Part shown: positions 59,511-64,000 of the stretch, piece by piece
Layout: each line of letters opens with the position of its first letter
Numbering within the stretch: the first letter of the stretch is position 1
From: Candidatus Altimarinota bacterium
GTDB taxonomy: Bacteria; Patescibacteriota; Gracilibacteria; CAIRYL01; GCA-016699755
Direction of reading: 5' to 3'
Assembly: GCA_963664295.1 (NCBI GenBank)
Contig: OY760935.1
Span: forward strand, 288,001-352,000
DNA length: 64,000 nucleotides
The notes under the pieces: model-generated
Told to the model about the DNA's origin: nothing
The model's database searches: none
What the model saw: only the letters and a program-made list of their open reading frames with translations
Translations under genes and position numbers: made by a program

Positions 59511-59557
59511 TTTTTAATTTAAAAATTCTCTACCAGTTTGCCAAGTAATAAGCTTTC

Positions 59558-59914
59558 TTGCAAGAAAACTTGTTAATTTATTATACTTTAATCACTTTTT
59601 TATTTTTTAATGTGAAAAAACAAGAAATAATTGGTAAAAAAGTCTCATTCAAAAGTGCTGCTTGGATTTCTTGGGTATATTTTTGGAAATCAATCGCTTT
59701 TAGTTTCTTATTTTTTATGATAATGATCTTAATAGCATTAATTTTATCTATAATTTTTTCTAATTCTTATAAAGAAATGGCTCTAAAAATTGTAAACAAT
59801 AATTTTTTTCAATTAATAATGTTTTTTATGCATATTTTTATTTATATTTTTGTATTACAAAGTAGCCTTAATAAAAAATATAGAAATTTTCGCATAATAA
59901 TGATTGAAAACTAG
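59558..59914 (+). CDS. Small membrane protein; start uncertain (GTG ~59612)
   Basis: Two hydrophobic segments; ends KKYRNFRIIM. Confidence 0.5.
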   Translation: MQENLLIYYTLITFLFFNVKKQEIIGKKVSFKSAAWISWVYFWKSIAFSFLFFMIMILIALILSIIFSNSYKEMALKIVNNNFFQLIMFFMHIFIYIFVLQSSLNKKYRNFRIIMIEN

Positions 59915-59943
59915 CTTAGAGCTATTGTTTTTTAGGCATTTAT

Positions 59944-60264
59944 ATGTTATTATTAAATAATATTTTTTTAAAAAAAATGAATCAAGAAATTGAAAAAAAC
60001 CAAAAAAAACCTTTTAATGTTTTTACAAACAGTGCTGTTTGGACTGCTTTTTTAGTTTGGCTTATTATTGGTGGCATTTCAGTTCCTAAATATTTAAGTG
60101 GAACAGAAAAAGATCAAAAAGTAGGCATCATAATGATTATTATGATTGTTGTCTGGGAAGCATGGATTATTTTAAAAAAAGCCAAAAAATGGAGTTTTAT
60201 TATAGGTTTTCTTCTTGCTTTGCTTGCAGATGGAATTGCTTTCTACCTCCTTGTAATAATGTAA
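59944..60264 (+). CDS. Small 3-TM membrane protein
   Basis: Three hydrophobic segments; likely start at MNQEIEK. Confidence 0.6.
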   Translation: MLLLNNIFLKKMNQEIEKNQKKPFNVFTNSAVWTAFLVWLIIGGISVPKYLSGTEKDQKVGIIMIIMIVVWEAWIILKKAKKWSFIIGFLLALLADGIAFYLLVIM

Positions 60265-60285
60265 TCCTAAAATAGGCTTATAATT

Positions 60286-60318
60286 AAAACCTCTCAAAAT
60301 TAATTGAGAGGTTTTTTT
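60286..60318. terminator. Bidirectional terminator
   Basis: AAAACCTCTCAA-aattaa-TTGAGAGGTTTTTTT between convergent genes. Confidence 0.85.
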
Positions 60319-60339
60319 AAATTCATGATTTTAATAATT

Positions 60340-61548
60340 TTATTCAGCTTCTTTTTCAGATACCTCCTCAGAAGTATCTTCTGCAACTGTTTCAAGATCA
60401 GCTTCAGCCACTTCTTCTGATTTTTCTGTATTAACTTGATTACCATCTTCAAGCTCAGCTAGTTTTTCCTTAAAAGCTTCATATTCTTCAGCATTATACA
60501 TATCTAATTCATATTCAACTAAATTAGAAGCAAGGCGTACATTTTGACCTTGCTTACCAACTGCAATAGCGCGTTCAGACTCATCAACAAATACAGCCGC
60601 CCTTCTTTTGATCTTGCGACCAGTTTCCGGATCAACACTTTCTTCTGGAGTCACAATTACAACATTGCGTATTTTTGCAGGCTGGAGAGCTCTTCCGATA
60701 AATTTAGTTGGATCTTCGTCCCATTCAATAACATCAACTCTTTCGCCACCAAGTTCGTCCATAATAGGGTGAATTCTTGCCCCCTTTTGTCCAATACAAG
60801 CACCAACAGGGTCAATTTTTGGATCATCAGTGCCAACAGCAATCTTGGAACGAGAACCAGCATCACGAGCCAAAGAAATAATATCAACTTCACCATGCTC
60901 AATTTCAGGAATTTCCTGCGCCATTAATAATTCAACTAATTTTGGTGCAGTTCTAGAAACTACCAGCTGAGGACCTTTTGTTGTTTGCTCAACTTTTTCC
61001 AAAAACACACGCATTCTTTTTCCAGGAAAATATTTTTCACCAGGGATCTGATTGCGTGGCATCAAAAGCACGGTAGTTCGTTCAATTTCCAAAAACACAT
61101 GAGAACCTTCCACGCGAGTGACATTAGCAGTTAAAAGCTGTCTTTCTCTGTCTTTAAACCTTTGAAAAAGTGATTTTCTTTCTGCTTCATTTAGTTTTTG
61201 TAAAACAACTTGTTTAGCAGCCTGAGCAGCAATTCTTCCAAATTCAAGCGGAGTGACATCAATTTTAATTTCTTCACCAACTTCTGCGTCATTTTTAATT
61301 TTTTGCGCTTCTTTGAGAGAAATTTCATAGTTTTCATTTTCAACCTCCTTTACAACTTCTTTAATAAGAAGAATAGTAGGGGAGTCAGAGTCGTCCCTAA
61401 GAACAACTTCAACTTCTTGCTCTTTGTTGCCATAATCTTTTCGCCAAGCAGTAGCAATGGCAATCTTTACAGCGTCAATCGCAACTTCTTCTGGAATGTT
61501 TTTTTCTGCGCAAATTTGGTTAAGCGCGGCTATGAATTGTGCTTTCAT
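60340..61548 (-). CDS. nusA: Transcription termination/antitermination factor NusA
   Basis: FGRIAAQAAKQV, VSRT, EIPEI, ARDAGSRSKIAV, DPVGACIG, AVGKQGQNVRLAS. Confidence 0.97.
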   Translation of the reverse strand: MKAQFIAALNQICAEKNIPEEVAIDAVKIAIATAWRKDYGNKEQEVEVVLRDDSDSPTILLIKEVVKEVENENYEISLKEAQKIKNDAEVGEEIKIDVTPLEFGRIAAQAAKQVVLQKLNEAERKSLFQRFKDRERQLLTANVTRVEGSHVFLEIERTTVLLMPRNQIPGEKYFPGKRMRVFLEKVEQTTKGPQLVVSRTAPKLVELLMAQEIPEIEHGEVDIISLARDAGSRSKIAVGTDDPKIDPVGACIGQKGARIHPIMDELGGERVDVIEWDEDPTKFIGRALQPAKIRNVVIVTPEESVDPETGRKIKRRAAVFVDESERAIAVGKQGQNVRLASNLVEYELDMYNAEEYEAFKEKLAELEDGNQVNTEKSEEVAEADLETVAEDTSEEVSEKEAE

Positions 61549-61645
61549 TTGTTTTAGACTAAAGAGAGGTATGATTTACTATTTAAATCATCCTAAATTA
61601 ATTTCATTTTTATTTTCTCATGCTCACAGAAAAAAAACAAGAATT

Positions 61646-62110
61646 TTAATCAATAATTTTATTTACAGTATTGATAATTACACTAACTTTAAATCCTCTT
61701 GAGGCAAGAAAGCGAAAAAGTTTTTCCTTTTGTTTTTGTTTCTCGAGTTTTTTATCTATTGTGTTGTATTTTTTCACTCCTGCTTGAGTAGCAAGCAAAT
61801 TTTCATCAATATCACTAGTTAATTCTGTAATTAAATCTTTTTTTATTCCTTTTTTATTTAATTCTTGTGTTAATAAAAATTTCCCCCGAGGAGAATTATT
61901 GCAACGCATTTTTATATATTGTTCTGCATAAACCTTATCATTGATTAAGCCAGTTCTTTCCAGGTTATCTAGCACTTCTTCGATTTTTTCTTTTTCTTCC
62001 TCAAATTTATTATTTAGCTTTATAGAAAGCTCTTTTTTTGTATATAGCTTTATTCCGAGAAGTTTTAAAGAATAATTTAATATTTTTTGAAATTTTTCCT
62101 GATCTAGCAT
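61646..62110 (-). CDS. recX: Regulatory protein RecX
   Basis: YSLKLL..TKKEL, GLINDKVYA, PRGKFLLTQELNKKGI, KLFRFLASRGF. Confidence 0.9.
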   Translation of the reverse strand: MLDQEKFQKILNYSLKLLGIKLYTKKELSIKLNNKFEEEKEKIEEVLDNLERTGLINDKVYAEQYIKMRCNNSPRGKFLLTQELNKKGIKKDLITELTSDIDENLLATQAGVKKYNTIDKKLEKQKQKEKLFRFLASRGFKVSVIINTVNKIID

Positions 62111-62139
62111 ATTCTTATTTTTGCACGTTTTTAATAAGC

Positions 62140-64000
62140 TTGAAAGATAAGCATTTTGATATTTTCACCGGCAAAAAGAAATATGTGATTGTGCCTGAAG
62201 AAAAGCCAAATTCTTTGAAAATTCAAAAAAAAGAAAACAAAGAAATAGATTTTAAAGCAAAAAATAAAAAAAAATTTTTACCAAAAAACTTCCTTAGGCC
62301 AGCCATGCGAATGGCAGGTATTGGTTGTATATTATTGGCAATTCTTTTAATATTAAGCGGTATTGGCAATGCTTTAAATATAAAAAAACAATCTGAAAAT
62401 TGGGGGCAATTAGCTTTAAGTAATGTGCAAAGTGCCGTAAACAACACACAAAATAAAAATTTTCAAACAGCACTAAAGGACTTTTATGAGGCAGAACAGG
62501 CTTTTTCTGAGGTAGAGGAGTTAATTTCTCCGCTTACTTATTCAGTTAGTAAATATCAAACAAATAATGCACTCGAAACAGCAGATAATTTTCTTAAATT
62601 TGGTCAAAATATCATCAAATCTGCACAAATTTTTTTAAACATCACTCAAAAAATAGATTTTGAACAAGAAAAAAACTTACTCACAATAATAAAACAAGCC
62701 GAAGATGATATTAAACAAGCTCTTGTAGAATTAAAAAAGGCAGAAAAAAATTTACAAGAAGCCAAAAAAGGTAAATTTGCCAATCAATTTTCAGAAGAAA
62801 TAGAAATTGCAGAAATAGTGCTTGCTGATCTTATTTTTGTCACAGAAAAAGCAAATAAAAATTTTACTGCTTTAAAAACATTATTAGGAGACAAGCACCC
62901 ACATACTATTTTGGTCTTATTTCAAAATTCTCGTGAAATCCGTGCAAATGGTGGCTTTATTGGTAGTTTGTATTTTATCACCTTTAATAATGGCGAAATC
63001 ATTAAGAGAGAATTCAAAGATGTTTATGATTTTGATTCTCAGCTTAGAGAACAAATTGATCCACCAGAGCCTTTTTCTTATTTAGCTGATAACTGGGGAT
63101 TGCGTGATGCAAATTATTATCCTGATTTTTCTCAAAGTGCTGAGCAAATTCAATGGTTTTTGGAGCACACAAAAGGTGATTCAGTGGACACAATTATTGC
63201 AATTAATGAGCAATTTGCAGAAAAATTGCTTAATTTAACAGGAGATTTGCAATTGGCAGGCGAGGTAATAAATGAGGACAATTTCACTTTTATTCTTTCT
63301 TTCCTGGTTGAGGCTAAGGTTTATGGTCAAAATTCACCAAAACAAATATTAGCTGATTTTATTCCTCAATTTGAAACAGAAATACGAAAAATACCTCCTC
63401 AATTATTATTAAAAACGATTGAATCTGCAATTAATGAAAAACAGCTTATTGCCTATTCTTTTAATGATAAAGTTGAGAATTTTTTTAATGAAATGGGTAT
63501 GTCTGGCAATTTAATTGCAGACAATAACAATGACCAGCTTTTAATAAGTCATACTTCGATTTCTGCTAACAAAAGTGATGGTTTCGTAAAAGAGCAAATA
63601 AGCCATGACACAGTCATAAACCTAGAGGGTGAAATTTATAATACTTTAAAAATAAAACGCTCACACAATTGGCAAGAAAAAGACCAAAAACTTTTTGATG
63701 AGCTATGGCAAAAATATGGAAAAAATGCGCTACACAGCAAAGAGGTTTTAGAAAATATAGCAGGAAAAGGAACTAATAAGGTTTGGACAAGGGTTTATTT
63801 ACCAAAAAATAGCACCTTAATTTCTACAAAAAATATCGACAATAGCACAATAAAAACATACAAAGAAAATGAATTTACTGTAATTTCTTTTTATTTTCCA
63901 CTTCTAAATCCAGGCGATAAAAAAGAAGTTGAGCTTTATTATTCTTTAGCAAAAAAACTTAATTTTGATGATGGTTTTGAGACTTATGGTTTTTGTTTTC
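62140..64000 (+). CDS. DUF4012 domain membrane-anchored protein, 3'-truncated (absent from the ORF track)
   Basis: Own translation: TM at ~62314-62364, ILVLFQNSREIRANGGFIGS (~62908-62967), WGLRDANYYPDF, ANKSD; frame open to the window end. Start uncertain (TTG 62140, GTG 62185/62191, ATG 62305). Confidence 0.85.
   Translation, partial: MKDKHFDIFTGKKKYVIVPEEKPNSLKIQKKENKEIDFKAKNKKKFLPKNFLRPAMRMAGIGCILLAILLILSGIGNALNIKKQSENWGQLALSNVQSAVNNTQNKNFQTALKDFYEAEQAFSEVEELISPLTYSVSKYQTNNALETADNFLKFGQNIIKSAQIFLNITQKIDFEQEKNLLTIIKQAEDDIKQALVELKKAEKNLQEAKKGKFANQFSEEIEIAEIVLADLIFVTEKANKNFTALKTLLGDKHPHTILVLFQNSREIRANGGFIGSLYFITFNNGEIIKREFKDVYDFDSQLREQIDPPEPFSYLADNWGLRDANYYPDFSQSAEQIQWFLEHTKGDSVDTIIAINEQFAEKLLNLTGDLQLAGEVINEDNFTFILSFLVEAKVYGQNSPKQILADFIPQFETEIRKIPPQLLLKTIESAINEKQLIAYSFNDKVENFFNEMGMSGNLIADNNNDQLLISHTSISANKSDGFVKEQISHDTVINLEGEIYNTLKIKRSHNWQEKDQKLFDELWQKYGKNALHSKEVLENIAGKGTNKVWTRVYLPKNSTLISTKNIDNSTIKTYKENEFTVISFYFPLLNPGDKKEVELYYSLAKKLNFDDGFETYGFCF

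Noticed and set aside
60340-61548. nusA without rimP or infB neighbours
   Set aside because: Operon fragmentation is ordinary in reduced genomes.
1-64000. Genetic code 25 (UGA=Gly) as in Gracilibacteria sensu stricto and SR1
   Set aside because: Gly-rich genes are full length under code 11, GGA is abundant, and TGA ends pnp, vanW and yggT at their expected termini.

Overview
AT-rich (about one-third GC) bacterial chromosomal window in standard code 11. The gene content suggests a Patescibacteria/CPR organism, probably Peregrinibacteria-like (inference from minimal TsaB, the baseplate-J-like protein, DUF4012, PilT, giant Cys-rich surface proteins and SLH proteins). Housekeeping and fermentative genes are pgk, gap, ppdK, gdhA, alaS, iscS/iscU, rpsO-pnp, nusA, recX, murF, maf and a V/A-type ATPase operon (G-I-K-E-C-F-A-B, no D). 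These are interleaved with surface genes: a 5'-truncated Cys-rich protein, a 2131-aa alpha-2-macroglobulin, an SLH-S41 protease, a 2723-aa modular adhesin behind pilT, a KTSC-domain lipoprotein and a family of LRR-like repeat proteins. Signals outside the gene calls: (i) a composite palindromic repeat family (101-bp hairpin element plus REP/REPIN-like units) at two convergent intergenic sites; (ii) window-wide depletion of GTWAC that breaks down in accessory genes; (iii) a ~60% GC patch inside the adhesin; (iv) a promoter-boxA-like-hairpin leader before a small orphan membrane gene; (v) a split repeat gene. No rRNA, tRNA, CRISPR array, transposase, integrase or reverse transcriptase was recognised. 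All calls are by eye; no searches were run.
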